Below, piece by piece: positions 50,029-59,283 of a DNA stretch of 64,000 nucleotides; position 1 is the stretch's first letter; the number at the start of each line of letters is the position of its first letter. The translations under genes and the position numbers were made by a program. The stretch comes from Candidatus Cloacimonadota bacterium (GTDB lineage Bacteria; Cloacimonadota; Cloacimonadia; G963667145), in the NCBI GenBank assembly GCA_963676615.1, contig OY781092.1, positions 96,001 to 160,000 on the forward strand. The letters run 5' to 3'. The notes beneath the pieces were generated by a model. That model did no database searches, was not told where the DNA came from, and saw nothing but the letters and a program-made list of their open reading frames with translations.

Positions 50029-50763
50029 GTGAAAAATTATTTACAATTGGGAATCGAGGAAGTGAAAAAACAGCTGGTGGACGAGTTGCAGTTGCAGGTG
50101 TCGATCAGCGTCAAAGGTTTGAGCGTGGAGCAGGCTATCGGCAGTCCCAAACGGCAAGATTTTCCTATTCAAAAGGGCAAAGAGATTTTGATTCAGGCGG
50201 ATTTTCAGGGGTTCAAAGGTCAGGCGTTTACCACTCATCCGACCGATTTTGTCGGCAGTTTGGGCGAAGTTTTTGCGCTGGATAGCCAGAACGCTCGTGA
50301 TAGAGCTTTGCTGGTGGCGACTCTCAACGCCGTGGCGAGTTATCTGGGCGCGTGCGAAAAGTGCGTGCATTGCAAAGACGAAGAGCCAGAAGAGTGCGGG
50401 CTTTGGATAGCGCAACAGTTGCAAGGCGAAAAAGGAAAAATTGCGATGATTGGGCTAAACCCTGCGATTTTGCAAAAGCTAGTCGAAGCTGGCTTGCAAG
50501 TGCGTTGTAGCGACCTTGATCCCGACTGGATTGGCAAGCAAAAATTCGGCATCACCATCGAAGACGGCAGCAAAGTCAACGCTGAGCTTCTGCAAACAAG
50601 CGACTTTATCCTTTTCACAGGCTCGACTCTCTGCAACGACTCGTTCGACGAAATTATGGACGCCATAACAAAAAACGGCAAAGATTACGCCATCTTCGGC
50701 ACTACAGCCGCAGGCGTTTGCGGGCTAATGAAGCTCAAGCGATTTTGCTATATGGGAAAGTAA
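50029..50763 (+). CDS. DUF364/Rossmann-like putative metal-chelation protein
   Basis: AIGSPKRQDFPIQKGKE, GQAFT, HCKDEEPEEC, TGSTLCN, FGTTAAG...RFC. Confidence 0.75.
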   Translation: MKNYLQLGIEEVKKQLVDELQLQVSISVKGLSVEQAIGSPKRQDFPIQKGKEILIQADFQGFKGQAFTTHPTDFVGSLGEVFALDSQNARDRALLVATLNAVASYLGACEKCVHCKDEEPEECGLWIAQQLQGEKGKIAMIGLNPAILQKLVEAGLQVRCSDLDPDWIGKQKFGITIEDGSKVNAELLQTSDFILFTGSTLCNDSFDEIMDAITKNGKDYAIFGTTAAGVCGLMKLKRFCYMGK

Positions 50764-50830
50764 TTGCGCTCAATAGTTTGTTCTAAAATCTAGGCGCGCA
50801 GAATAAAATCAATCAAATCGAAAAAACAAG

Positions 50831-50859
50831 TTGACAGTCAAACAGCTAAAAATTTTTTG
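50831..50859 (+). promoter_or_regulatory. Putative tRNA operon promoter
   Basis: TTGACA at 50831, TTTTTG 17 nt later, tRNA starts at 50869. Confidence 0.5.
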
Positions 50860-50868
50860 AGAAAAATT

Positions 50869-50943
50869 GCGGGAGTAGCTCAGCGGTAGAGCATCACGTT
50901 GCCAACGTGAGGGTCGCGAGTTCAAATCTCGTCTTCCGCTCCA
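50869..50943 (+). tRNA. tRNA-Gly (GCC)
   Basis: GCGGGAG...TTGCCAA loop...GAGTTCAAATCTC...CCA. Confidence 0.97.
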
Positions 50944-50954
50944 TTTTTTTTTGT

Positions 50955-51028
50955 GGCGACATCGCCAAGTGGTAAGGCAAGGGTCTGCAAAATCCTCATC
51001 CCCAGTTCGAATCTGGGTGTCGCCTCCA
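50955..51028 (+). tRNA. tRNA-Cys (GCA)
   Basis: GGCGACA...CTGCAAA loop...GTTCGAATC...TGTCGCCTCCA. Confidence 0.97.
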
Positions 51029-51042
51029 ATTTCAAAAATCGA

Positions 51043-51130
51043 GCCGGAGTGGTGGAATTGGTAGACACAAGGGACTTAAAATCCCTCGGGCTTTTAGCCT
51101 GTACCGGTTCAAGTCCGGTCTCTGGTACCA
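51043..51130 (+). tRNA. tRNA-Leu (TAA)
   Basis: GCCGGAG...CTTAAAA loop, long variable arm, GGTTCAAGTCC...ACCA. Confidence 0.97.
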
Positions 51131-51139
51131 ATTATGACT

Positions 51140-51170
51140 AAGTCGTCTTTAACAAAAGGGCGACTTTTTT
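51140..51170 (+). terminator. Terminator after the tRNA cluster
   Basis: AAGTCGTCTTT...AAAGGGCGACTT stem plus T run. Confidence 0.7.
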
Positions 51171-51173
51171 AAT

Positions 51174-52478
51174 GTGAAAAGTGAAAAAATCGTGAACTCT
51201 CCGCAAAAAATCGTCTCTATCATCTCTTTCGGCTGCAAAGTCAACAGCTACGAAGCCGCTTGCATCGGCGACGATTTTGCGCAAAAATACAAAGTTATCC
51301 CCTATTTTACCGAAAAAGCGTCGGTTTTTGTGGTGAATAGCTGCACGGTGACTGCAAGAGCAGGCGCCAAGTGTCGCCAGACAATTCGCAAAATTTTGCG
51401 GCTAAAGCAGGCAGACCAACGCATCGTCCTAGTTGTCACGGGTTGCCTTGCTAATTTGGAGGCGGAGCGCATCAGGGCGCTGGGCGATGTGGACTATGTG
51501 CTTTCGGACAAATCGCAGATTTTCGCCGTCTTACAAAAAAAATCAGCGCCTACTGCATCAGAAAAAAAGCCCGCAAAATATATCGAGCAAACGACCTCGC
51601 AAATGTTTGGAAAAACGCGCGCTTTCGTCAAAATTCAGGACGGCTGCAACTTTTTTTGCGCCTATTGCATAATCCCCTATGCTCGCGGCGTGCCAGTTTT
51701 TCGCTCGCCACAAAAAGTTTTGCAACAGATTGAACTTCTGGTAAAAAACGGCTACAGCGAGATTGTTCTCGGCGGCATCAATATCGGATTATACGCTTGC
51801 GACGGCTGGAGTTTGCAAGATTTGCTTTTTGCTATCGAAAAAATCAAGGGGCTTGATAAAATCAGAATTTCGTCGATTGAGCCGCAACATTTGGCGTCGA
51901 TTTGGGACTTCATCTGCAAAAGCAAAAAACTGGCGCACCATCTGCATATCCCGCTGCAATCGGGCAGTGGCAAGGTCTTGCAAGCGATGGGGCGTCGATA
52001 TTTGACGCAAGATTTTACCGAAATTGTGCAAAGTTTGAAAAAATTGGACTCGCATTTTGCTATCGGATGCGATGTTATTATAGGCTTTCCTGGCGAAAGT
52101 GAGCGAGATTTTTCGAACTGCTACGATTTTATCGCCGCTTTGCCGATAAGCTATTTGCACATCTTCCCCTACTCTTTGCGAGCTGGCACAAAGGCAGCCA
52201 AGATGCCTAGTCACATTTCAGCGTCTCAGAAAAAAAAGCGAGCGTCGATTTTGTCGGAACTTGCCGAAGAGAAAAAAAAGCAATTTGCCCAAAAACTGCT
52301 AGACGACAAAGTGGTTTTGAGCGCTCAGCTTGAGCAAAAAAAAGGAGATTTCGCTGTGGGTGTAAGTGATTACTATGTCAATGTTTACTTGCAAAATTTG
52401 CCCGCAGATGGCAGGAGGCTAAAAGTTATCGGCAAAGAGCTTTTTCGCGACGGGCTACTCGCCGAAGTTGTTGACTAA
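51174..52478 (+). CDS. mtaB: tRNA methylthiotransferase MtaB
   Basis: GCKVNSYE, NSCTVT, KIQDGCNFFCAYCIIPYARG, RISSIEP, LHIFPYS. Confidence 0.92.
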   Translation: MKSEKIVNSPQKIVSIISFGCKVNSYEAACIGDDFAQKYKVIPYFTEKASVFVVNSCTVTARAGAKCRQTIRKILRLKQADQRIVLVVTGCLANLEAERIRALGDVDYVLSDKSQIFAVLQKKSAPTASEKKPAKYIEQTTSQMFGKTRAFVKIQDGCNFFCAYCIIPYARGVPVFRSPQKVLQQIELLVKNGYSEIVLGGINIGLYACDGWSLQDLLFAIEKIKGLDKIRISSIEPQHLASIWDFICKSKKLAHHLHIPLQSGSGKVLQAMGRRYLTQDFTEIVQSLKKLDSHFAIGCDVIIGFPGESERDFSNCYDFIAALPISYLHIFPYSLRAGTKAAKMPSHISASQKKKRASILSELAEEKKKQFAQKLLDDKVVLSAQLEQKKGDFAVGVSDYYVNVYLQNLPADGRRLKVIGKELFRDGLLAEVVD

Positions 52479-52498
52479 AATATTGGAATTAGAGACAG

Positions 52499-53863
52499 TT
52501 AGTCTATTCGTTTGTTGAGCTTGTAAAACTTTTTTAGTGAAATTTTAATCGAAGTGTATTTTTTGATTTCGCTCAGGCAGATGAGGTTGTTTTGCGTTTT
52601 GACCTTGCATCCTGTGGAAGAATCGACCTCGAAATTTCCGATGATTTTCAAAACCAAGCTATCTATGTCGAAATTGCTAGCGACCTCGATGCTGTCTTTG
52701 TCGGTGATTAGTTTTACCTGTTTGCGCAAGCTCAGCCACTCGTGGATTTGCGTTTGTGTGGCAAAATAAATTTCTGGTTTCTTCCCAAGTTTGACTAAAT
52801 TGCCAAGCAGATTTGCCGAATAGGGGATGTCGTATAAATCGGAAAATCGGAAGCAAAAACCAGCGATGCCGCCCGTGTGATAGGCGCTGTCGGTGTAGGA
52901 AGAGATGGTCGTTTGCGCGGCTGTTTCGTCCAAATAGCTGTAGTGCCCTTTTTTTAGCTCATCGCTTTTTAGGCAAAGCGCGAAATTTTCACCGTTACTC
53001 GGAAAAAGGAAGCTTTTTGAAGCTTGCAGCTGGTTTGCCTCGAGCGTAATCAGGCGTGGTCCCAATTTTTGCAACTCTTTAGCCACATTTTTCTCTGCGG
53101 TGGCAAAATTTTTGTTGTTTTTGAGCAGATAGTAGGTCAAATTTGGGGTGTCCTCCAAAAGCGGAAAATTCCAGTAAGGCTCGTCGTTTTTGAAATTGAG
53201 CTCAAAATACTCTCTGCAGGCAGCTATTGGGTGAGCAAAAATTCCGCCAAAAATTTTTTTGAGCGCTTTGGGATAGCTTTTCCATTTGTAAAGTTCGTCG
53301 ATTTCCGCACTCAAAGAGAGAGCGAATTTCTCGTTGTTCGGCCAAAGCTGTTTTTTTACAAAAAAGGTGTCGTCGCTGGCGCAATCTTGCAGTTTTTCAT
53401 AAAAATGGCAAAGAATTGAGTTGCAAATTGGTTTCTTTGAAAAATTTTGATGAAAATTCACAAACTGGAAAATATTGCCTAGCAAATCGAAATTGTAAAA
53501 AATGCAGCGGGTGAATTTGTCTTTTTGCTCCTCCACAGACGGGGCATTTTCGGTCAAAACATACGAGCCACAGAACTCTTTTTTTAGATTTTTGAGTTTT
53601 TCGTTGCTCAATTTTTTGTAGAGGCTCAAATCGATTGTGACGAAAATGATGTTCGTGCAAGCGCTGAATTTTAGCAGCTCCATAATTTCGCGATTTTTGG
53701 GACGCTTTAGAGAATAGCAAACCAAAATATCTTCCAAATTGAGCTCGGCAAGACCAGAAATTATCTCGTATTGCAAGCCCAAAAAGTCGAAACTAAGGTC
53801 GATAATTCCTTGAATTTGCTTTTTGTAACTCTCTAGTTTTTCGTCAATTATAAACTTTATCAT
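52499..53863 (-). CDS. Hypothetical protein, possibly a degenerate polysaccharide-deacetylase-like fold
   Basis: 454-aa ORF; WPNNEKFALSLSAEID resembles WPxxKKFAxxLTHDVD. Confidence 0.5.
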   Translation of the reverse strand: MIKFIIDEKLESYKKQIQGIIDLSFDFLGLQYEIISGLAELNLEDILVCYSLKRPKNREIMELLKFSACTNIIFVTIDLSLYKKLSNEKLKNLKKEFCGSYVLTENAPSVEEQKDKFTRCIFYNFDLLGNIFQFVNFHQNFSKKPICNSILCHFYEKLQDCASDDTFFVKKQLWPNNEKFALSLSAEIDELYKWKSYPKALKKIFGGIFAHPIAACREYFELNFKNDEPYWNFPLLEDTPNLTYYLLKNNKNFATAEKNVAKELQKLGPRLITLEANQLQASKSFLFPSNGENFALCLKSDELKKGHYSYLDETAAQTTISSYTDSAYHTGGIAGFCFRFSDLYDIPYSANLLGNLVKLGKKPEIYFATQTQIHEWLSLRKQVKLITDKDSIEVASNFDIDSLVLKIIGNFEVDSSTGCKVKTQNNLICLSEIKKYTSIKISLKKFYKLNKRID

Positions 53864-54010
53864 AAAAATCTTGTCGAAGCGTAAAGCCCTCTTTTATCTC
53901 CAGTTTTCCGTAAAAAAACATCCACACTAGCAAAAAAAAAACTCATAGGCTGGCGTCAAGTAAAATTTGTATTGACATTGGCTGGTGCAGTTTTGATGTT
54001 GAAATCGAAA

Positions 54011-54421
54011 ATGGAGATTATGGGTTTAAATATAGACAATCAGACAGAAGTTAAAGCCGATTTTTTGCCTCTTGCGGCGATTTATGAACGGGCGATAATG
54101 GCGAAAATTTTGCCAGAAGATTACGCCTTGGAGCTTTGTCTTTGTGGCGCGGAGTTTATTAGGCAGCACAACAAGGTTTTTCGGGGACTCGATCAAAAGA
54201 CGGATGTGCTCTCTTTTGAGATGAGCTCTAGCAGCGGGAGTTTGCTGATTTGTCTGGAATATTTGCTCTCTCGTAGCGGAAAAGACGGTTTGGCAGAAGA
54301 TCTGCAGGCTGTATTTGCGCACGGAATTTGTCATTTGGGCGGCTGCGACCACTTGACAAAGGAGCAAACGGCACAGATGAAAGCTAAAGAAAATGCGATT
54401 TTGCAGGCGGCTCAAAAATGA
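54011..54421 (+). CDS. ybeY: rRNA maturation endoribonuclease YbeY (start uncertain)
   Basis: NKVFRGLDQKTDVLSF, HGICHLGGCDH; the ORF-track TTG start at 53972 coincides with a TTGACA -35 box. Confidence 0.88.
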   Translation: MEIMGLNIDNQTEVKADFLPLAAIYERAIMAKILPEDYALELCLCGAEFIRQHNKVFRGLDQKTDVLSFEMSSSSGSLLICLEYLLSRSGKDGLAEDLQAVFAHGICHLGGCDHLTKEQTAQMKAKENAILQAAQK

Positions 54422-55626
54422 CCAATCTCTACATTTTGTTCGCGCTTTTTTTGCTCTCCAGCTTTTTTTCGGGGGCAGAGGCGTCTTATTTTTCTATCTC
54501 AAAAATCGAGCAGCGGCGGCTTTGGCAGATTTCCAAAAGGGTGCAGCGTCTTTATGCGCACCCAAATCGGCTGCTGGTGGCGATTCTTATTGCAAACACA
54601 ATCGTGAATGTGATGATCGCCTCGATTTCGACAGTTTTTGCTTTGATTTTGGTCGAAAAATACGGACTGCAGCTGGAGCTGACGCTTTTCGTGGAAATTT
54701 TTGCTGTTTGGTTTTTACTGTTGATTTTTGGCGAGATTTTGCCGAAAGTTTTTTGTTATAAGCATTCCAAATTTATGGTCAGAAATTCTGCGATTTTTTT
54801 GGAGCCGTTGGTGTATCTGCTTTTCCCGTTTATTTTTTGCATCGAATTTTTGGGAAAGTTGCTGGCGCGCAACAAAAAAAATAGCGGCGTTACCAAAAAA
54901 GAGATAAAAGATTTGGTCGATTCTGGTAAGTTGAGCCTGGATTTGAAGCATAAAAAGTTGATAAAAAATATTTTGCGATTTCCCGACACCAAAATTGCGC
55001 AAGTGATGGTGCCGCGCGTGGATATTGTCGCAATCGATGAGAGCCAGCCGTCGCAGGAGGTGATCCAGATTATTGCCAAAAGCGGGTTTTCGCGGATTCC
55101 GGTTTATCGAGCGGAGATTGATAATATCGTCGGTTTTATTTATGCCAAGGACATTATTTTGCTGGAGAAGGAAGCTTTTCGCATTGCAAAATTGATGCGA
55201 GAGCCGCTTTTTGTGACGGAAAATATGCCGATTTCGAATGTGTTGAATTTGTTCAAAACGGGCAGAAAGCATATGGCGGTGGTCGTGAATGAGTATGGTG
55301 GAACTTGCGGGATTGTGACGATGGAGGATGTGCTGGAGGAGCTGGTGGGCGAGATTGTCGATGAGACCGATAGCGAGGAGCCGATGCTGGTCAAGACCAA
55401 ACGAGGCTACAAAATCGATGGCAGCTGCAATCTCTATTTTCTTAATCAGGAATTGGGCTTGAATTTGCCGGCGGACGAGTATGATAATGTGGCTGAGTTT
55501 GTTTATGATAAGCTGAACAAAGTGCCGTCGCAGGGCGATTTTTTGGAAATCGATAGCGAGAAAAAGTTGGTGATAGAAAAAATTAGCAATAACAGAATTA
55601 ACAGACTGGTTTTAAAGGAGATATGA
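54418..55626 (+). CDS. CNNM/CBS/CorC-HlyC hemolysin-family membrane protein
   Basis: FFSGAE, FGEILPK, VMVPRVD, GFSRIPV, VNEYGG..GIVTMEDVLEELVGEI. Confidence 0.92.
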   Translation: MTNLYILFALFLLSSFFSGAEASYFSISKIEQRRLWQISKRVQRLYAHPNRLLVAILIANTIVNVMIASISTVFALILVEKYGLQLELTLFVEIFAVWFLLLIFGEILPKVFCYKHSKFMVRNSAIFLEPLVYLLFPFIFCIEFLGKLLARNKKNSGVTKKEIKDLVDSGKLSLDLKHKKLIKNILRFPDTKIAQVMVPRVDIVAIDESQPSQEVIQIIAKSGFSRIPVYRAEIDNIVGFIYAKDIILLEKEAFRIAKLMREPLFVTENMPISNVLNLFKTGRKHMAVVVNEYGGTCGIVTMEDVLEELVGEIVDETDSEEPMLVKTKRGYKIDGSCNLYFLNQELGLNLPADEYDNVAEFVYDKLNKVPSQGDFLEIDSEKKLVIEKISNNRINRLVLKEI

Positions 55627-57023
55627 TGAAAATTTTTGATACAATGGCGAAAAAAAAGCGGGTGTTTATTCCCAAAGAAAAGGGCAAGGTGAAGCTGTAT
55701 GTTTGCGGTCCGACGGTTTACAACTATTTTCACATCGGCAACGCGCGTCCTTTCGTTTTTTTTGATGTTGTGCGAAGATTTTTCCTTTATCGGGACTACG
55801 AGGTGACTTTTGTGCAAAATTTGACCGACATTGACGATAAAATAATCGCTCAGGCGCAAAAAGAGGGCGTGGATATTTCGCAGATTAACCAAAAATATAT
55901 TCAGGCTTTTTTTGACGATACGAAGGCGCTGAACATTATGCCTGCCGATGAGAATCCTAAGGCGACGGAGTATATTTCGCAGATGATAAAGTTTTTGCAG
56001 GAGCTGCAGGAGAAGGGCTATGCCTACGAATCTGGCGGCGATCTTTATTTTGAGGTGTCGAAAGTTGCTGATTATGGCAAGCTCTCGGGCAAAAAGCTCG
56101 AAGATTTGCGAGCTGGTGCGAGAGTTGAGGTGAACTCCGCCAAAAAGCATCCAGCCGATTTTACGCTCTGGAAAGCGTCGAAGCCTGGCGAGCCGTCGTG
56201 GCAGAGTCCGTGGGGAGCTGGCAGACCTGGTTGGCATTCGGAATGTGTGGTGATGAGCCGAGATTTGTTGGGCGAAAGTTTTGATATTCACGGCGGCGGC
56301 ATCGATTTGATTTTTCCGCATCACGAGAACGAAATCGCCCAAGCCGAAGCGCTTTCGGGCGAGCGTTTTGTCAACTTTTGGATGCACAACGGATTTTTGA
56401 ATATTCAGGGACAGAAAATGTCTAAATCGCTGAACAATTTTTTCACTGCCCGAGACATCCTCAAAAAATACGACGCCGATGTAATTCGCCTGTTTTTTCT
56501 GTCCAAACATTATCGCACCACCATCGATTTCAACGAAAAAATTATGCACGAGACGAAAGTCGCTTACGAAAATTTTTTGAGCGCTTTGCGTTCGGTGGAC
56601 TATTCTGCCAAGCGGCAGGAGATAGATAGCTGCGGGCTTTTGGAAGAGGATGTGGCGACTTTTGTTATCGCCATGGAGGACGATTTCAACACCGCCAAGG
56701 CGCTGGCTGTGCTTTTCGGATTGGCGAAACTGGCCAAAAAGCAGTCGGCTTCGCGCGAAATTCGCTATCAAGCGGCGGCAACGCTGGTGGAGCTAGGCAA
56801 AGTTTTGGGATTTTTTGCTGATTTGGAAAATCAACTTAAATCTGTAGCTTCGGAGAGCAAAATGGACGGAATGGAGCAAAAACTTTTGCAACTTTTGTTG
56901 GATTATCGAAATTTTGCCAAGAGCGAAAAAAACTGGGCGCTAGCGGACAAAATCAGGGACGATTTGCAAAATTTAGGCTTGAGAGTTGTTGATACAAAAG
57001 ACGGCTCCAAAATCGAGTCGTAG
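55623..57023 (+). CDS. cysS: Cysteine--tRNA ligase
   Basis: CGPTVY, HIGN, GRPGWHSEC, FPHHENE, KMSKS. Confidence 0.98.
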   Translation: MMKIFDTMAKKKRVFIPKEKGKVKLYVCGPTVYNYFHIGNARPFVFFDVVRRFFLYRDYEVTFVQNLTDIDDKIIAQAQKEGVDISQINQKYIQAFFDDTKALNIMPADENPKATEYISQMIKFLQELQEKGYAYESGGDLYFEVSKVADYGKLSGKKLEDLRAGARVEVNSAKKHPADFTLWKASKPGEPSWQSPWGAGRPGWHSECVVMSRDLLGESFDIHGGGIDLIFPHHENEIAQAEALSGERFVNFWMHNGFLNIQGQKMSKSLNNFFTARDILKKYDADVIRLFFLSKHYRTTIDFNEKIMHETKVAYENFLSALRSVDYSAKRQEIDSCGLLEEDVATFVIAMEDDFNTAKALAVLFGLAKLAKKQSASREIRYQAAATLVELGKVLGFFADLENQLKSVASESKMDGMEQKLLQLLLDYRNFAKSEKNWALADKIRDDLQNLGLRVVDTKDGSKIES

Positions 57024-57034
57024 CGCCTTCAGAT

Positions 57035-58036
57035 TTAATCGTAAAAATTTTTTAGGCGAAAATCGGCGCGACTTTTGCCTGTGAAGATTTTTTTGCCAAA
57101 AGCGAGCAAAAATCCGATTCCGTAGCCAAATAGCTGGGTGTAGCTGGCGATTACGCACAAAAATGGCAGAAAAATTTTTTTGTATTGCAGCGCGGCACTC
57201 AGATAGACCAGCAGGCTATACGCCAAAATCGGCAGCAGGGCAAAGGGGCAAAAAGCGCTTCCGACGAGCATCGCTGCCACAGATAGCGCGAAAGCCGTCG
57301 GCAAAAGATGGACGATTTTTGTGGTTTTGGGGTGCAACGAGCCCAAGTTAATTCGTGCCGAGCCAGAGTTGAGGACTTGCTTGAAAAATTGCCGCAGATT
57401 CGCGCGCCTTTTGTGATAAACCCACGCTTTGGGGAAAAGTCGGCTGGCGAACCCTTTTTCGCTCAGCTTTAGGCTGAGGTCGATATCTTCGCCAAATCGC
57501 AAGTCGCTAAAGCCGCCGACAGTTTGAAAAGCGCTGGCTTTTATGCCCATATTGAAGCTGCGCGGCTGGAAGTTTTTTTTGCGTTTGCCTCTGATGCCGC
57601 CAGTGGTCAAAAAGCTGGTCATCGCATAGCTAATCGCCTTTTGCGTCGCTGAAAATTTCGGATGTTCTTTGTCTGGTCCGCCAAAAAACTGCACTTTGTG
57701 GTTGTTTAGCTCTTTTTCGATTTCGGACAGCCAGCCAGCGGGCAACAGGCAGTCGGAGTCGGCAAAAAGCAGAAATTCTCCTTTGGCACGGCTGGCTCCG
57801 TTGTTTCTAGCCAGAGCTGGTCCGCTATTTTTTTGTTGATGCCAGTGCAAATTGAGCTTCGGAAAAATTTCGCCCGCTTTTTGCAAAAAATCGATGGTGT
57901 CGTCTTGCGAGCCGTCGTCGATTACGATGACTTCGAATTTTTGCTTGGGAAATTGCAGTGCGTCGGCAAATTCCAAGAACTCCTTAATTTCCTGCGCTCG
58001 ATTGTATGTCGGCACAATTATGCTGAACTCGATCAT
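57035..58036 (-). CDS. Glycosyltransferase family 2
   Basis: SIIVPTYNR, DDGS, DSD, GEDIDL, C-terminal TM helices. Confidence 0.92.
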   Translation of the reverse strand: MIEFSIIVPTYNRAQEIKEFLEFADALQFPKQKFEVIVIDDGSQDDTIDFLQKAGEIFPKLNLHWHQQKNSGPALARNNGASRAKGEFLLFADSDCLLPAGWLSEIEKELNNHKVQFFGGPDKEHPKFSATQKAISYAMTSFLTTGGIRGKRKKNFQPRSFNMGIKASAFQTVGGFSDLRFGEDIDLSLKLSEKGFASRLFPKAWVYHKRRANLRQFFKQVLNSGSARINLGSLHPKTTKIVHLLPTAFALSVAAMLVGSAFCPFALLPILAYSLLVYLSAALQYKKIFLPFLCVIASYTQLFGYGIGFLLAFGKKIFTGKSRADFRLKNFYD

Positions 58037-59010
58037 CTGTGGCCTGCCCTATATTGTGAAAAATTTGCGGACTCTTTGCTTTTCAAAGTTTCTCCTTCTT
58101 GGTAGTAGATTAAAACTGCGATTTCGTGCTGATCGGCGATTTGGATCGCTTTATCGACAGGCAACAAAAAAAATGCGGTAGCAAGGGCGTCGGCTTTTTG
58201 GATGCTTGCGTCGATTACGCTTACGCTCACGCAGTTTTCGCTTGGATAGCCTGTGTCTGGGTCGATTATGTGATGATACCTTTTTCCGTCTTGAAAGAAA
58301 AATCGCTCGTAGTCGCCAGATGTTACCACGCAAGCGTTTGCCACGAGAAGTGTGTCGATGAGCTGCTCTTTTTTGCGCGGATGAGTAACGCCGATTTTTT
58401 GCTCTTCGTCGCCAAAAATTAGGATGTCGCCGCCAGCGTTAATGTATCCACTTTCGACTCCTTTTTTTTGCAGATAGTCGTAAACTTTTTGCACGATAAA
58501 GCCTTTGCCGACACCGCCTAGGTGGATTTTCAGATTTTGTGGCTTGTCTATATAAAGACTATCGTAGCCGATTTTTTGCAGTCCGCAACTTTTTTGCGCG
58601 TCTTTTATTTGGGCAACGGTCGGCACTTTTTGTTGGTTAAAATCCCAAATTTCGATGAGTTCGCCGACAGTTGGGTCGAATTTTTTGTTCGAGAGCCGAA
58701 AAATTTCTTGGCTGAAGTTTAGAAGTTGGTAAAGCTCGGGGAAAATTGGTGCGTGCGATTGCTTGTTTACGAGGCTCAGAGCGCTTTTGGGATCGTTGTA
58801 GTTGAGTTTTTTGCCGAGACTGTCGATGATTAAAAAGCAGGTATCAACGATTGCGTCGATTTGTTGTGGATCGCCCAGAACGCTGATTTCGATGAAAGTT
58901 CCCAGCGCGATTCTTGTTTTGCTGACTTTTTTGGGCGATATGGGGCGTCTATAGATTGCGACAGAGATTAGACTACAAAAAATCAGGAGAAATATTAGTT
59001 TTTTTTTCAT
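58033..59010 (-). CDS. apbE: FAD:protein FMN transferase ApbE
   Basis: FDPTVG, LGGVGKG, INAGGD, TSGDYER, YHHIIDPDTGYP, ADALAT. Confidence 0.93.
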   Translation of the reverse strand: MKKKLIFLLIFCSLISVAIYRRPISPKKVSKTRIALGTFIEISVLGDPQQIDAIVDTCFLIIDSLGKKLNYNDPKSALSLVNKQSHAPIFPELYQLLNFSQEIFRLSNKKFDPTVGELIEIWDFNQQKVPTVAQIKDAQKSCGLQKIGYDSLYIDKPQNLKIHLGGVGKGFIVQKVYDYLQKKGVESGYINAGGDILIFGDEEQKIGVTHPRKKEQLIDTLLVANACVVTSGDYERFFFQDGKRYHHIIDPDTGYPSENCVSVSVIDASIQKADALATAFFLLPVDKAIQIADQHEIAVLIYYQEGETLKSKESANFSQYRAGHR

Positions 59011-59283
59011 ATCTCTTCCTTAAAAAATAGCAGATATTAGTCAAGATTAAAAGGAGATTTTAAAGGGGCTTAAATTGCAATTACACAATAAAATATGAAA
59101 ATTCTTAAAAAATTCTGAAAAATAAAAAATGGCTGTAACTGCTTGAAAAATCAGTGTGTAACGAAAGTTCTAACAAAAAAAAACGCCAAAAAGAAAAAAA
59201 AAGGTTTGACACATATACTGTTTGTAATTCTGTTTGATGATAAGAAATAAAAAATGTCACATCGTTTAATATTGGGAATAAAA

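Noticed and set aside
50922..51141. Short ORFs on both strands at 50922-51131 and 50953-51141, and ORF 24607-25050
   Set aside because: They overlap tRNA or tmRNA genes and are artefacts.
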